This document shows positions 63,971 through 64,000 of a stretch of DNA of 64,000 nucleotides, in pieces. The notes below the pieces were generated by a model. The model searched no databases. It saw nothing but the letters and a program-made list of their open reading frames with translations, and was not told the DNA's origin. The DNA is from a virus (taxonomy: Duplodnaviria; Caudoviricetes), in IMG/VR virus record IMGVR_UViG_3300009183_004565; one strand, 5' to 3'. Numbering within the stretch: position 1 is the first letter of the stretch; every line of letters starts with the position of its first letter. Made by a program: the position numbers and the translations under genes.

Positions 63971-64000
63971 GGAGCAGAGATGTTAGATGTTTTAATATAT

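Noticed and set aside
1-64000. CRISPR array
   Set aside because: No regularly spaced identical repeats with unique spacers were seen; the repeats found are promoter cassettes
1-64000. Stop-codon reassignment (alternative genetic code)
   Set aside because: Recognisable genes are full length under the standard bacterial code and end in TAA, TAG and TGA; no suppressor tRNA found
1-64000. Transposases, integrases, introns, inteins
   Set aside because: No recognisable motifs, and conserved genes appear uninterrupted

Overview
AT-rich, gene-dense, mostly + strand segment of a large (jumbo/T4-like) tailed bacteriophage genome. DnaK, PstS, rubrerythrin and PqqA sequences suggest a betaproteobacterial host, probably aquatic (inference). 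No capsid, terminase or replisome genes are recognisable here. The window holds: a translation/proteostasis block (bS21, DnaK, Hsp20, ClpS); a nucleotide-sugar/amidinotransferase block; UvsE; families of short paralogous ORFs; a run of enzymes with T4-like capsid-targeting N-termini (23.5-31.5 kb); a hypervariable early region of repeated sigma70 promoter cassettes; a circularly permuted (two-piece) tmRNA; a phosphate-starvation module (pstS, OprO/P-type porin, plcP-like, agt-like) with Pho-box-like repeats; a 24-aa PqqA precursor missed by the ORF track, next to a signal-peptide-bearing formamidase; eight tRNAs; and a candidate large structured ncRNA. Several auxiliary genes carry cis-elements resembling host regulatory inputs (ROSE thermometers, PhaR box, Pho boxes). 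All family assignments come from motifs read by eye; no searches were run.
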